Assembly (NCBI GenBank): GCA_030264375.1
Contig: JASCQW010000119.1
Location: 7,543,711 to 7,607,710 of the forward strand
Source: Carcharhinus longimanus
Taxonomy: Eukaryota
Direction: 5' to 3'
Length of the DNA stretch: 64,000 nt
Positions 25,772 through 39,437 of this stretch are shown piece by piece. How positions within the stretch are numbered: position 1 is the first letter of the stretch; each line of letters opens with the position of its first letter. Both the position numbers and the translations under genes were made by a program. The notes beneath the pieces were generated by a model that did not search any database, had not been told where the DNA came from, and saw nothing but the letters and a program-made list of their open reading frames with translations.

Positions 25772-26902
25772 TTCCTCAAAAAACTCGATCAAGTCAGGGA
25801 GGCACAAAATTCCCTTCAAATATCAGTGTTACCTCTCGGAAATGTGTCCACTTATTTCGAAGAGACAGTAAATCTAATCTCCATGAACCATCTCCATTAA
25901 TTCCCCTAGCATAAACATTAGGCTCACCAAAATGTAATTAGTTGGATTTCCCTTGCTACTTTCTTAAACATTGGAACAACATTGGTTATTCTCCCATCTT
26001 CTGGTTTCTCCTCATTTCTCACAAGGCCCTGGCAACATCCTGCCTTGCCTCTTTAGCATTCTGAGATATATCTCGTCAGACCCTGGGCTCTTGTCTACCT
26101 TAACGTCTCTCAAGAACCGCAACACCTTCTCCATTTTGATCGCAACGTGACACACAAAATATCTACACATCCTTCGTCAAATTCATTATTCACTTTTTTT
26201 TTCTTTTTGGTAAAAACTGAGGCAAATTACTCATTCAATACATATCCCTTTTATTTTGGCCCCATGCATTCATTCCCCCTCCTATCCTTTAGTGGGCCCA
26301 GCCCTCTCCCCGGCTATCTTCGTGCTCTTTCTATATGTATTCACAACCTTGTTTTTTTTCCCTTAGTCCTGCTGGCCAATAACTTTTCCCATTTCTCCGC
26401 CAAGATTCCTTCTCTAACTTTTTTTCTGTTACTTTCCATGATTGAGTAATTTGCGTCAGTTTTTACCTAAAAAAAGAAGGTGAATAATGAATTTGACGAA
26501 GGATGTGTAGATATTTTGTGTGTCACGTTGAGATCAAAATGGAGAAGGTGCTGCGGTTCTTGAGAGACATTAAAGTAGACAAGAGCCCAGGGTCTGACGC
26601 GATATATCTCAGAATGCTAAAGAGGCAAGACAGGATGTTGCCAGGGCCTTGTGAGAAATGGGGAGAAACCAGAAGATGGGAGAATAACCAATGTTGCTCC
26701 ATTGTTTAAGAAAGGTAGCAAGGGAAATCCAACTAATTACATTTTGGTGAGCCTAATGTTTATGCTAGGGGAATTAATGGAGATGGTTCTTGGAGAATGG
26801 ATTTACTGTCTCTTCGAAATAAGTGGACATATTTCGGAAAGGTAACACTGATATTTGAAGGGAATTTTGTCCCTCCCTGTCTTGATCGAGTTTTTTGAGG
26901 AA
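25772..26902. repeat. Inverted repeat, ~465-bp arms (25772-26237 and 26439-26902), ~200-bp spacer
   Basis: e.g. ttcctcaaaaaactcgatcaag versus cttgatcgagttttttgaggaa; atatctacacatccttcgtcaaattcattattcac versus gtgaataatgaatttgacgaaggatgtgtagatat. Confidence 0.95.
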
Positions 26903-28444
26903 ATTATCCGCCAAGATTCCTTGTCTAACTTTTTTTTTGTTATTTCCCTTCAATTGCACATTTGCTTCCTTTATTCCCATCCTCCTGAGTTTGACAAATG
27001 TTTGTCTATTTTTCTTCTCTTTGACCAGGTCTAAAACATCAGTCGTTAGCGAAGATTTCTGAAAATTGCCATACATAACTTTTACCTCTACCGGAATGTG
27101 CGAGTTCTGAATTCATATCAACTTACACTTGAAAGCCTCGCACATTTGAGCTGCCAATTTGCCCACAAACATCTTCCCAGAATGTACGGTTTTTCAGTTC
27201 CTGCTTGATATTGTTGTAATTAGCCTTCCCTCAATTTAGCAACTTCATCTGAGGACTACTCATCAGTGCCTTAAAGCTTTCTGAATTGTGTTCACTCGCC
27301 TACTGAGACGTTGACCACCTGGGTAGGGCCATTCCCCAATATCAGGTCAAGTATGGTCCCTTCTCGAGTCGAACAGCCTAAGTACTATTCCAAGAAGCCA
27401 TCCTTTATTCTACTTATAAACTTGGTCCAACCATGACCTTAGTACTAAGTGAGTTCCGGACAGTACAGGAAAAGTTAAATTCTCTCACAACAACAACCCA
27501 TCACTTTTGTAACTAGCAAAAATCTGCCCACGTATGTACTACTCTATCTCCCAATTGTTGGTGGGATACCGACAGTAAAACCTCAAAATTGTGACTGCAC
27601 ACTTACCATCCCGGAGTTCTCACCATATTGCTTCACTCTTCGAGCCATCTGAGGTGTCACTCGCAGTACAGTTATGTTACTCCCCTAAACCAGTAGCGAC
27701 CCATCCCCCCCTCCACCCACCATGCCTTTACATCCGCTACTATTCCAAAGCTTTCGCAGATTGAAAACCGACAATAATTAAAGAATGCTGACATGCTTCC
27801 GCGCACTTCGGCACATTTCTTTTTTCTAACCTACGTAGAATGCCCACGTGCTGTGCTCATTCGTATCTGTGTCCTCGTCCTTGCACTTGTATGTGAGCTT
27901 GGATAGGAATTTGTTACTCAAAACCATGTCAATTTCCTGCAGTACATCTTAAAGACNNNNNNNNNNNNNNNNNNNNNNNNNNNNNNNNNNNNNNNNNNNN
28001 NNNNNNNNNNNNNNNNNNNNNNNNNNNNNNNNNNNNNNNNNNNNNNNNNNNNNNNNTGGTCAGTGGATAGGCATATGGATAACATTGGAATAGTTTAGGT
28101 TAGAGGGTCATTAGATTGGTTCCACTGTTCCGCGCAACACCGAGGGCCGAAGGGCCTGTACTGCGCTGTAATGTTCTATGTTCTATTAGTCTATTTTGGT
28201 GCAGTGCACTGTTCTGAGGGGCCCCTGTAATGATGTGCTGGATAAGTATTGTTTGAACTAGAAATGATGCAGCGTCTTCAGTTTTGCCGAATGGAAGTGC
28301 AACCACTAAATGTTATTTCATCCAGATTTTGATTAAATTTCACTTTGTAAGGGCTATCCCATTGCATATTCGGACAAATGTTGCATGAGTGTCAAGGATA
28401 GCCAATCTCATCTCACCTTCATGGTTCAGATCTTCTGTTTTTGT

Positions 28445-28725
28445 AGATTCATAAAAATTCCATAGTGCAGAAGTACATCGATGTATCGAGTTTGCACCGC
28501 GTCTCCATCACCTCATCGCACTCAGAAACTATCCCTGTTAGCTCAGGTAACATCATCATCTACCTGCACATGTTTGAAATGTTGGTGAAAAATTCGGCAC
28601 CGCAGGAAATCTAGATAGTCATCGGAAAGCATAGACAGACTCCTCACAGCTTGTTGCCCAAGACGGGAATTGAACCCCGGCCCTTAGCATTGTGAGGCAG
28701 CATAGCTGAGCACTGTGCTACGGCC
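28445..28725 (-). mobile_element. Eroded HE1-like SINE
   Basis: gggaattgaaccccgg..tgtgaggcagc..cactgtgcta head and catagtgcagaag tail. Confidence 0.65.
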
Positions 28726-29464
28726 TGCGGGTATCTACATTTTTCCATGTTTGAAGCCATGCAGTAACAATTGATGATCTTCGTTGGCTTGGCAGAGCTG
28801 CAGTAGAGTGTGAGCTAGCGTATAACGTCTGATAAAGTGTCATGTGATTCCACGTTGCATTAACCAAGGAATTTACTGATGTTGAGATGGACACTGGATA
28901 AGGCCAGTGTTTCCAAATGTCCTGTTTCTTGTGTACCGCCGACTCTTGAGTTATTTCTCACTTTGCTTTGAGAATGTCAGTGCTGTAGCCATACTGGGGC
29001 AGTGAAGGTGTGACAAGTTATATTGCCCAGTACTTAAGTATAATTTCCAAATAACATCAGATCTCATCGCCCTGCCATTATTTAGCATCGTTGGCCATTT
29101 ATTGTAATCAGTTGGAGTGAATTGAACAGATGTAAGGCTTAAGACCGCCATTTACGATTTCAGGGGCCTACATAGAAGGCTGAAAATATTATTTTCTCTG
29201 CACATTTTGTTGAGCATGCATGCAACTTCTCAGCATTAAATTTTGCAATGTAGCAAAACAAAACGTAAATTAATTTCTTTATCTCTGGAATTGTTTTGCT
29301 CTCTTTATCTCATATTATTTAGGGAGCTTGAAATTGAATCATCCAGTTGCTGCAGCTTCAAAAGCATGACATCTCAGTTTATTTGATATTCGTTGGCCAA
29401 CCTAGTATGCGGTCCTGCCCTCTTGCTTCAACAGTCGTTGGTTCCGTGGTTTGATAGTAAGGAA

Positions 29465-32300
29465 TGTGATAATCTAATCAGGGCCTTGTTTTATGACCGA
29501 TTAAATTGGATACCCTAAATTAAATAACTCGCCATATTCAAATCAACGACGTTCAAGCCTCGGGCAAACTTGGTGAACTTCAAATATACAAAGACACAGA
29601 AACATGTCTGGACCTGTCCCATCAATCACCCATCCAGAAAAAAAAATGCATTGAGACATAACATGAGATCATCACACCGCATTGTTATGCACCAGCCTAT
29701 CGTATGTACCCAGATAGGACAACACTTTCTTTCACCTGGAGACCCGACCATTACCTTACTTGGCAACAGGTTATATTTAAGTAACTCCACGGAGATGGAA
29801 ACATGAGGTTAGGCCCCTGTGTCCTATCCGGCAGGCGTCAAGAAACCCAATGGTATTGGAACCCCCTCTCGGGAACTCATTCATCAGAAGCCAGAGAAGT
29901 TTCTGGAAAGGAAGGGAGGAAGGGACGGGGCAGCGGATAAATGTGCACTCTCCGAATTGCCAGTAGCGAAGACTTGACGAGGGAAATGCCCTTGCCCATC
30001 CGGAAGACAGATGAGAGAAGGAAAGAAACAATAAGGTGCCACTGGAACTCACCTTCGTCATGACCGGCTAAATGGACTCAGAGAACCGGACCTACAGTTT
30101 AGCCAAAACATCTGTACGGGTAGAACACACACGTTTGGAATATCTTGTTATTTTCTTTGTGTAACGGAGGGGTTAATGATATTATGAATAAACGTATTGA
30201 ATATTTACTTGTGCTTGTCCATTGTCCATCTTGCAAATAAGGGCACCAGGGTAAACCTTTGAGAAAGTAAAGTGATCATACGTATCTGAGGCGGAATAGG
30301 CATAGCATTTTGCACCCCAAACGATCCTTCAATAAGGACTGACACTTTGCACCAAGCTGGAACTTTCAACCCAATATTTTCCACGACCCCATCAAGCCTG
30401 AATTCAGAGGGCAAAATCTTCACCTGAAGGGCAGTCTTAAGAGAGCGAAGTGCGAATGCTGATTCGACCTTAAAATCGAGCTTGAAACTCGTGTCAGAAG
30501 CACCATGTGGACAAACTGTGGAATTAGAATTAAGATAGTCAAGTGAGTTTGGGTGAAAGTTACGGGAGGGAATTTGGTGTAAACCGGACCCCTGCCCTGA
30601 TCCTTTCCTCATAACAACGTAACGAACCCAAAAAAAGAAATGATTACATTTAGTCATGGTGAATGGGACAAAATTCTCAGTATATATTTCACCCATAAAT
30701 GGCCCAAAAGTGTACAGTGCAGTGACGCCCTGAAAAAGGACCTGGGAGCCACGAGAAAAAAAAATGTTCGAGTCAAGCACATAAGGGACCGGGTAAGAGG
30801 ACTCCCAAGCTTAGATAGATGATTGCTATCTCCAGTTCTCTGGAAGGGCTCCCTTGTAGAGAAGCGGAGATTACCCCTTTTTACTGAGACAGTGAGGTCC
30901 AGGTGATCCAAATAAATCAGTATTGAATGAACAGTACCACGTGCATACTACAATTGAAAACAGGGGTAGGCACATGAGAGGAACGGAACTAGATTAACAT
31001 AATCCAAGTGAGAGACTTTGGGGCTCAATGTGACAAAGCCTACCAAAAGGCACAGAAATGCTATCAGATGGAGGCCACGCTGCAACAGGCAGAGAACGTT
31101 AAACGTAAATTCAGCGACCTGAAGTCTGCAGTAAAAGTTTTGCACCAAGCAGGAAAAGAAAGTACTGACCACGCAAAAGACCACATCAAACGCTCACGCA
31201 AGATTGAAAACTTAAAATCACAAATAACCATTAGAAGGGATCTTCCGTCTGCATACGTCGACAAAACAGGGGATAGTGATCCAGGGGCAGTGGGGGGAGG
31301 GGGGGGGTGAATTCAGAAGAGGATGTCTGTTATAATGTAACAGTTCGCGTAACTGCGGAGGCCGTCTTTTCCCGCTTATGGAAGCAACGGCAACATCCAC
31401 ACGAGCCCCCATCCCACAAAACCCAGTCTGGGCCCTTTTCCGTCCCCCTGCCCTGATTCCCATCCCGATGACTCCAGTCACTAAACTAGTTCCCGTATCA
31501 ATGAATCCAGTCACCACCCGATGACAGGGTGGATACAGCCAGAATGTGACTGAGGTGGCTCCAAACATCATGGCACAATTCACTAGCATACCTAAAACGA
31601 TTGGAGTTTTGCAACCATCTCGGAACCCAACTGATCCCTTCGACCAGATCACCCAATTTAGTGTTTTGAACCGCCTAGACGAGGCAGAAGAGGTTACATT
31701 TGTTCTCTCACATTGAAGTCCTGTTACCCATTCCTTCCTACCTGAATGCTGGTTGTGGTAGTGCATCCTGTGGCAGGGAGGCACTGCCCGTCACGAAGGC
31801 AGCCTTTCTGGCCGCCGTGGGCTACAATAGGATAACACGCACAAAAAAAGGATTGAACACTTGGCAGCAAAAGTGGAAGAAGCCCCCTCAGACCTATGCT
31901 AATTGAATATGGAACCGATTTGTTGCGATTGTGGCCAATTCAATCAAGCCCAATTAAAACGCAAACCGCCGATCCACATGGATCCAAACCCTGACACCAT
32001 ATGCCACCAAGAGGAATCGCAAAGCCTGTGGGAATTTTGAAACCCATGATACCACAAATATCATCAGAGGCCTGGGCCCTCTGCAAATTAACTGACCTGT
32101 GGGACTGGGAAGACAGACAAACGGAGACCTGCAAGTCCATAGAACGCAGAGAAATTAAACTGATCTAACCAGACAGTGCCCTGGTTTAGCGCAAACGAAG
32201 GGGGAGGTGGAATCAGGGAATTAGAAAACTCAGGAATCCCGCCACTATAAATCCCTGCCAATTATCGATGTAGAGAACCACAGCTCCGCACCGACCCGCG
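29465..32300 (+). mobile_element. Degraded LTR retroelement: probable 5' LTR (~29465-30308) and gag relic
   Basis: AATAAA at ~30187; coiled-coil gag-like ORF 31008-31310 (DKAYQKAQKC..FSDLKSAVKVLH); Pro-rich MNPVTT and AAVGYNR..GLNTWQQK segments resembling fish/shark LTR-element gag. Confidence 0.6.
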
Positions 32301-32799
32301 ATGCATATGCCAAATGGATAACATGAGCAATGCATCACTTGTTACGACACCGTTGCTATCCTGTGCTGCAGGAAGTAACATTTTCGTTAGAAGTTAGACT
32401 AGATGCATGAACAGGCCTTTGACCAATTTCAAGTTGTGGAATACAGATAGTCATAAGATTTATAACCTCCTTCAACGTCATAACTAATTAATGTATAGAG
32501 AATGAAACACTTTCGCTAAATTGTTAGAGGCAAACGATCCGCAGACAATTGCTACTGAAAAAGACAGAGCGAGTTCGAAGAGTTATGCAGTTATGTTAAG
32601 TGGACGGGGAAAATAGGGCAACTGGTGTTTATTGTGGTAAATTGAAAGTCTGCTGGCCTTTTTTTTTTGATCAATGTCTGCAGAATTCTGCTGTGATTGA
32701 CAGAGATGGCCTTCTTTTTTATAATTCAAGTAAAATGTGTCATCCATTCATTTCGTGCAATTAATACAACAAAAGGAATGATCAAGTAAGGAACTGTTT

Positions 32800-33044
32800 T
32801 AAGAACATAAGAACATAAGAAATAGGAGCAGGAGGAGGCCATCCAGCCCTTCGAGCCTGCCCTGCCATTCAATAAGATCATGGTTGATCTGTCGTGGCTC
32901 AGTTCCACGTTCCCGCCCTGTCCAATAACCCTTAATCCCCTCGCTAATCAAAAACCCATCAACCCGCGACTTAAAAATATTTAGCGAGGCAGCCTCCACC
33001 ACTTCAACGGGCAGAGAATTCCAGAGATTCACCACCCTTTGAGT
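32800..33044 (-). mobile_element. Young CR1 3' end
   Basis: VNLWNSLPVEVVEAASLNIFKSRVDGFLISEGIKGY plus (agaacata)n tail. Confidence 0.95.
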
Positions 33045-36000
33045 NNNNNNNNNNNNNNNNNNNNNNNNNNNNNNNNNNNNNNNNNNNNNNNNNNNNNNNN
33101 NNNNNNNNNNNNNNNNNNNNNNNNNNNNNNNNNNNNNNNNNNNNCGAGATTTAATGTTTTACAGAAATACGTTGTCTTTGGATTTGTATTGTTTGTTTTC
33201 CTTTCTTTCTCCTGCTCTGAGCTGGTAGCTAAATTTTCACGATGACAAATAAGCACGGCAGGAATATGTCTCAAATACTACAGTCAGCAAATGGATCCTG
33301 GTAGCGAATCCTGGAGTAAAAGAAAAACTGTCCTTTGAAATCATGAAGATTGCGAATCACGTGCAAATCAATATGTTGCTCTATTATTTCAAGCTGAGCG
33401 TGATACAGTTTTAAGTTGCTATGTTGTATCTTCACGAGTTAAAACTGCGCGAGATCTCGACAGAATTGATTTTGTTTGTTTCTGATTAGGTCGCTTGTGC
33501 ATAATTTGTGCACACATAGAAAGATAATTTCAAGGAAATCCTAATATGTCCATCTTAATTCACAAAAGAGCAAGACGTTCAGTTGACCGAACAATGAGTA
33601 ATGCAAAATTCTACAGGTGTTTGGAATGGGACGTTTTCCGTAAGATATTTTCGGGACCACATCAAAAACTCTAACGTAGATCAGAAAGTTTTCTTATTTC
33701 CCCCTTTTTTAATTTGACATTACATTAACAAAGAACATTTCCACTGAACCACTCGGTAGTTATTATGGAAGCAAAATCAATTTAACAACAGGTAACATAA
33801 CATGAACAGAACAGCGCAAAGTTCCCAGTTGAAAATACTTAAAGATGACACAATGTAATTCTTAGTAACTATTTATGTCTGCACTTCCAATGCCAGCAAC
33901 AACAACAAAGACATGCATTGTTCTTCAGCGGAAGGTAACTTAAAACAACAACAACACCAAAAGCAGACACGATTGCTAGAGTTCCAGCCACAAAAACCCA
34001 CATGACAGATAAAGACATGCGTGCCTCTTCTGACTCTCATGCAGCAACTTCGAGGGGAAAGAAATGGTATGCCACATATCCCAATATCCAAATGGAGCAA
34101 AAAAGAAACAGTAAAAGATATCTCGCTCTAAGTAGCCCTAGCATCTTCATGTAAATGAAATTCCAGTTCCGTCTTTCTTTTTTTTCTCTCTGACAATCAA
34201 CATGATCAAATTTACTATCAAAAACAACAACGAAGGGGAGACTAAAGTAACTGTGTAGAATCATTCCTAATATTGCCAATCGAAAAGAACAATTTACCAA
34301 TTAGGATGAATAATGTTGTGTCAAGGCCTGCCCGTTAGCGATGAAATGACACACGGAAATGGAACAAGCTGCTGAAACAATACTTGAACATGAAATATGG
34401 CACGAACGTATTTTAGTTCACTGTATCGTCAAAGATATTGGTTTGCAGATATGATCATAAACGTTCTAAATATATACATTTCTCTAAAGCATGAAAGCCA
34501 GAAAACAGACATAACCAGTTTCAAAATTTAAGGAAGTTGAGAAGCAGCCTTGTAATAAGACCAAGTATATTGTGCCTTTTAACATTCTCATCTCCCTCTC
34601 GTTCTGTATGATGGAGTTTATCCATCCATCCATCCATATATACATGCATACATACATATATCTACATCCAAAAATGTATCCATGCATCCATGACCTCACC
34701 TTTGTTTTTTTGGATGAAAGTAAGTCACATCTTGAAACTAAATTATTTGTCTTCATTCGTCCATCAATAATGACTAACAACTCCAGCGATTCTTGATCAA
34801 AAGTGGATTTTGCTCTTTCGAGCAAATCTCTCTCCGAGAACAGTATTTTCACATCAGAAAGTCAGCATCGTTTAACCACCTCCAATTCCACCGCGAGATA
34901 GATTAATCTATCCATCCCTCGATTGGATGAGAGACTGACAGAACGCTACATGCATACAATTCGTTCCGATTAAGCAAACGCACAGAGACCTATGTTTCTA
35001 CGAAAGGTTTACGAATGATACGGCATGACTTACTGGCAAATGTCCTTGTTATGTTAGGAATACTTGTTTGAAATCACTTGTGACTACTATTGCCTGACCC
35101 AACCAATTACTCTGTCATGCGGATTTGAAAATATCCTTATTTTTTGGTCGAATTCAATGAGCAATGTGATTAATTGTAATGAAATACTTTGCGCTCGCAT
35201 TAAAATTTCAAATTTGACTTAGCCACGACATTACATAATGTATGAAATGTTACATGAGACCTTCCAAGCAAAGGCTTTCAGAAATATATCAACCCGCTGT
35301 TCTGTCCGCATAATCTTTACAACCATAACGAGATGCATCATCTAATGTGTGACATGATAAACATTAACCACATTCAAAACTAAATGTTCAGTTAAATCAG
35401 AGAAAATAAATGTGCATGTCATTTCCAAGTCGTGTACTTTTTCAACATTTGAAGAGTAGGTCGGCACATCACAGATCAGGACTTTTTTTTTAAATGATGC
35501 CACCCATATCTCAGATCTATTTTCTCTGACCCTGCGTTTGTAAAATGCTATAATCCGCATTCTGCGAGAAATCTGAAAATATTTTTACTTTGCTGTGTTT
35601 CATCAGAACAAATTGGTTGTCGAAATTTCCGCAGGTGATACAGGCTCCAATGGTTAATTCTGGTTCACTCGCCACGGCGTCTGCTTGGCATGCTGAAAGT
35701 GTTTTACATTTGCTGCTTCTTGAATCTGCCGTCTAGGGTTCGATACGAAGCGGAGCAGCAGTTTGGAGTACCCTACAACGCATTCTCATTTGCATACTTC
35801 TTTTTTTCAAATTGGAAAATTACCAATACAAATTTGACCAACAATCTAGTTCTTTCATTTATCAAGGATTTTTTTGGGTGACGATTTCAAAACTAGTTCA
35901 AAATTAATGCCAGAAACCGTTTCATTTATTGATGAAAGCCATGGTACGAAGTCATGGACGCTGCTAATCTAAAAACAAACGACGCGAATGGCATTTGTTG

Positions 36001-36224
36001 TTTTAAAGGCAAATATTGCTAAGAGCCTCACACAAAATGCATAACATTATGCAAAATAACATTGAAATCTGATACTTTTGCCTGAAAAAAAAATCAGAGT
36101 AATCACTTTGACGATGTGTCATTTGAGTTTTAAATTCGTATTGTATTATCTGGGTTCTGCTGATGTTTTTTACGAAAATAGAATATGATCAAAGTCTTTA
36201 CTACATGTTTTTTATGCTCCACAG

Positions 36225-36245
36225 ACTTGACAAAGTGCCAATCTG
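36225..36245 (+). CDS. 21-nt heptad micro-exon B1, (D)LTKCQS
   Basis: tttatgctccacAG|ACTTGACAAAGTGCCAATCTG|GTaggg. Confidence 0.8.
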
Positions 36246-37289
36246 GTAGGGATGACGTCGATTCATTTTGACTGTCGTATTGGTTTGGTCTGTTTTATTT
36301 TGGCACGTGTATTAATTGATTGCACCAAGCTCTTTTTTTCATCCTATGTGCCAATCAAAAGATGAAATGTACGTTATCAAACTGATGACTCACTCGAAAT
36401 TGATATTTTCAGTGGAAGGGTGAAAGATTAATGACATGTTTGCATTCAGACGTACAATCGGCCTCAGTTATAGCGCGTCGGCAGCGTGGCATACATACAC
36501 TTTATTAGAATTCCGTACTGCAAGTGATGCGAAAGGGATTCCAAAATAAAACATATGATCAGCAAATTGGGCTAAGGAAAACGGAAAGACGATACGATCT
36601 GAAATGGCATGAAAACAGCACATCAAAGCTTGTTAGTACACGAGGACAGGAGAGGCAATGTTATCGGGGCGTCTTGGTAGTGATAGTTTCTGTGCATGTG
36701 TTTGTTTGCCGGGGCACACAGACGGGAGCGGTGCATTTCAGGTGGAAGCAGAAGAGAGATCCTTTATTTTTGTAGTGGAGACATTTCTATAAACAAAAAA
36801 GGAGATACTAAAAGACAAACGTGGAGACATTCATAAGGAGACGACGAGATTTTTTTTTGTTACAAATCAAATATCACATACAACAAATGAATTACGAAAG
36901 GTAAAGACGTCAATGCCAATACCCATCGATATACAAGGGCGAGCAAATCGGAATCCAAACTACATTCATAGTGCTCATTTGAAATTGTATTAATATATAT
37001 CGATTTATCGAAAATCTGAACATGTGATGAAATTCAACTCCACATAAATTTGAGAATAGTAGCCGATCTATTTAAGCCACACTTCGCTCTGCACCTCTTA
37101 GTTCCCCTGAATCAACGAGACTTACGCAAATACCGAACTTGTTTAGTTTGTTTATGACTATCATAATTAACCTTAAAGAAACACTGCTAAGAATTGACTG
37201 TGGAACTTCAGGAGCCGCCTTGCTGCGGCGACTGTTCAGATATAATAGATAGAATAGAAATAGAATACAGCACGGCTGATTGCATTAAG

Positions 37290-38220
37290 AGCCCTGCCTC
37301 TTATGGCTGTTGACACAGAGATGAGTGGGAAAGCAAATTGGGTGGAGGACGCAGACTTGGATAGGCTGAGTGACTGGGCGAGGATCTGGCAGATGGAGTA
37401 TAATGTTGGCAAGTGTGACGTTATCCACTTTGGAATAAATAATAGTAAAATTGACTATTATTTAAGTGGTGATAAATTACAACATGCTACTGCGCAGAGG
37501 GACCTGGCGGTCTTTGTGCATGAATCACAAAAAAAAAAATCTCGGTTTGCAGGTGCAGCATGTGGTCAAGAAGGCAAACGGAATGTTGGCCTTTATCGCG
37601 ATGGGGATGGAGGATAAAAACAGGGAGGTCTTGCTGCAATTGTACAAGGTACTGGTGATGCCGCAACTAGAGTACTGTGTGCAATTTTGGTTCCCTTAAG
37701 GATATATTGGCCTTGGAGGGAGTGCAGAGAAAGTTCACCAGATTGATACCAGGGATGAGGGGATTAGCTTATGAGAAGACATTGAGTAGCTTGGCCCTGT
37801 ACTCGTTGGAGTTTCGAATGCTGAGGGGAGATCATATAGAGACATATAAGATAATGATGGGGCTAGACAGGGTAGAGGCAGAGATATTATTTCCACTTAG
37901 AAGGGAAACAATAACTAGAGCGCACAACCTCAAAACAAGGATGAATCAATTTAGACCAGATTTGAGGAGGAACTTCTTCTCTCAGAGGATAGTGAATCTT
38001 TGGAATTCTCTGCCCATAGAAGCAGTGGAGGCTACCACGTTATATGTGTTTAAGTCACAGGTATATAGATATCTGATCAAAAAGGGAATTAAGGGTTATG
38101 GGGGACAGGCGGGTATGTGGAACTGAAACACTATCAGATCAGCCATGATCTTATTGAATGGCGGGGCAGGTTCGAGCGCTGGATAGCCTACTGCTGCTCC
38201 TATTTCTGATGTTCTTATGT
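37290..38220 (+). mobile_element. 5'-truncated CR1 inserted in unit 1 of the array, splitting the old SINE
   Basis: ORFs 37303-38126 (DLDRLSDWARIWQMEYNVGKC, LEYCVQFW, RRNFFSQRIVNLWNSLP); absent from the paralogous site at ~41090. Confidence 0.93.
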
Positions 38221-38910
38221 TTTCAGATTGTGGGAGGAAACCAGTGTAGTCGGAGAGAACCCACGCAAACACAGGGAAGACTTGTAGGCTCCACAGGGAC
38301 AGTGAGCCAAGTCGGGAACTGAACGCTGTTACATTATATTTTGAGGATTTCACAGGAACTACTGTGCCAATGCGTGCCATGACCACATGTCTGAATGAAA
38401 ACAAAATCCAAACAGGTAATATACTTGTATCAGGTATCTTCTGCTTGTGCACTTATTGGTAATGCACAAGTACTCGAAAACTAGATCTCACTTTTGAACA
38501 TTGGAGAAGAATGCAATTACATTAACAAATTTACACCTGACTATTCAGTTGACCCGGAAAATACAATTGACATGATTACTCAATAATTGCAAAGTTGTGT
38601 TTTTCAATTTATAGATCTAAAAAGAGCATTTACAAGAACATATTGATCTAAAAAAAGCTCTTCAAAATGCAGTCTCTGAAATTGGAACACTACGTCCATT
38701 TTTCTATGACATTGTTTCCAATGAAGTCACTATAAATTATTCAATATAATAGTGACAAATTGGAGGCACAATAAACCAATTCTCCTTTATTTTTCAGTCG
38801 TTGTGTTAATGCTCAACCTTGGATTTACGTTTTATATTGTTGGGTATTGTTTGACAATAACAAAATGAAAAATATGTCGATGCTCACACGAGTGTTTCTA
38901 TGCTCCATAG

Positions 38911-38931
38911 AACTTGCAACACGCAATTCTG
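38911..38931 (+). CDS. 21-nt heptad micro-exon B2, (E)LATRNS
   Basis: tatgctccatAG|AACTTGCAACACGCAATTCTG|GTaagg. Confidence 0.8.
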
Positions 38932-39416
38932 GTAAGGAAGCAAACACAAAAATCCGACAACTGGATCTTGGGAGATATCAGTAGAGTTCATCGGACGTAT
39001 CAAGTGTTCTAATTGCCTGACAAGAAGGCACAAAGTGTTCGAACATCAGGCTGTTTGCAATGGACACTTCATTGTTGGCCCAGACGAATAGATTCTATTC
39101 CTGTATGTTTGTCGCAATTTGGCGCCTATGGGTTTCTCCAGAGATACAGAATAGGAACCTTTATTTTGACGTCTGAAAACCAAGCAAAATCCATCGAGAG
39201 ACTATATTAAAAAAGTAAATATGAGTACTTAATAATGTTCTGTTATCTAAATCGCTGACCTAATGGATGCTCAAAGAAGTTATACACCTTTTGACTATTT
39301 AACATGAAATTTGAGCTGTGTATTTCGTTTTAATGTATTTGTGCTGTTACTAATATTCCAAAAAAAAACCCAAAATCTGTTCTCTACCTTATACATATAT
39401 ATCTTATGCATCACAG

Positions 39417-39437
39417 ACCTGTCAAAGTGCAGAAACG
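39417..39437 (+). CDS. 21-nt heptad micro-exon B3, (D)LSKCRN
   Basis: gcatcacAG|ACCTGTCAAAGTGCAGAAACG|GTagga. Confidence 0.8.

Larger units (their letters stand above)
24870..27720 (-). mobile_element. Long degraded CR1 ORF2 containing an internal inverted duplication
   Basis: ORF 25375-25581 TIADDAKV (RT FADD motif); inverted copy reads IKVDKSPGSDAIYLRMLK and NVAPLFKKGSKGNPTNY. Confidence 0.85.

Noticed and set aside
33897-34066. Thr-rich mucin-like stalk exon candidate
   Set aside because: Needs frameshifts, has stops in all three frames, and (CAA)n microsatellites explain the Thr content
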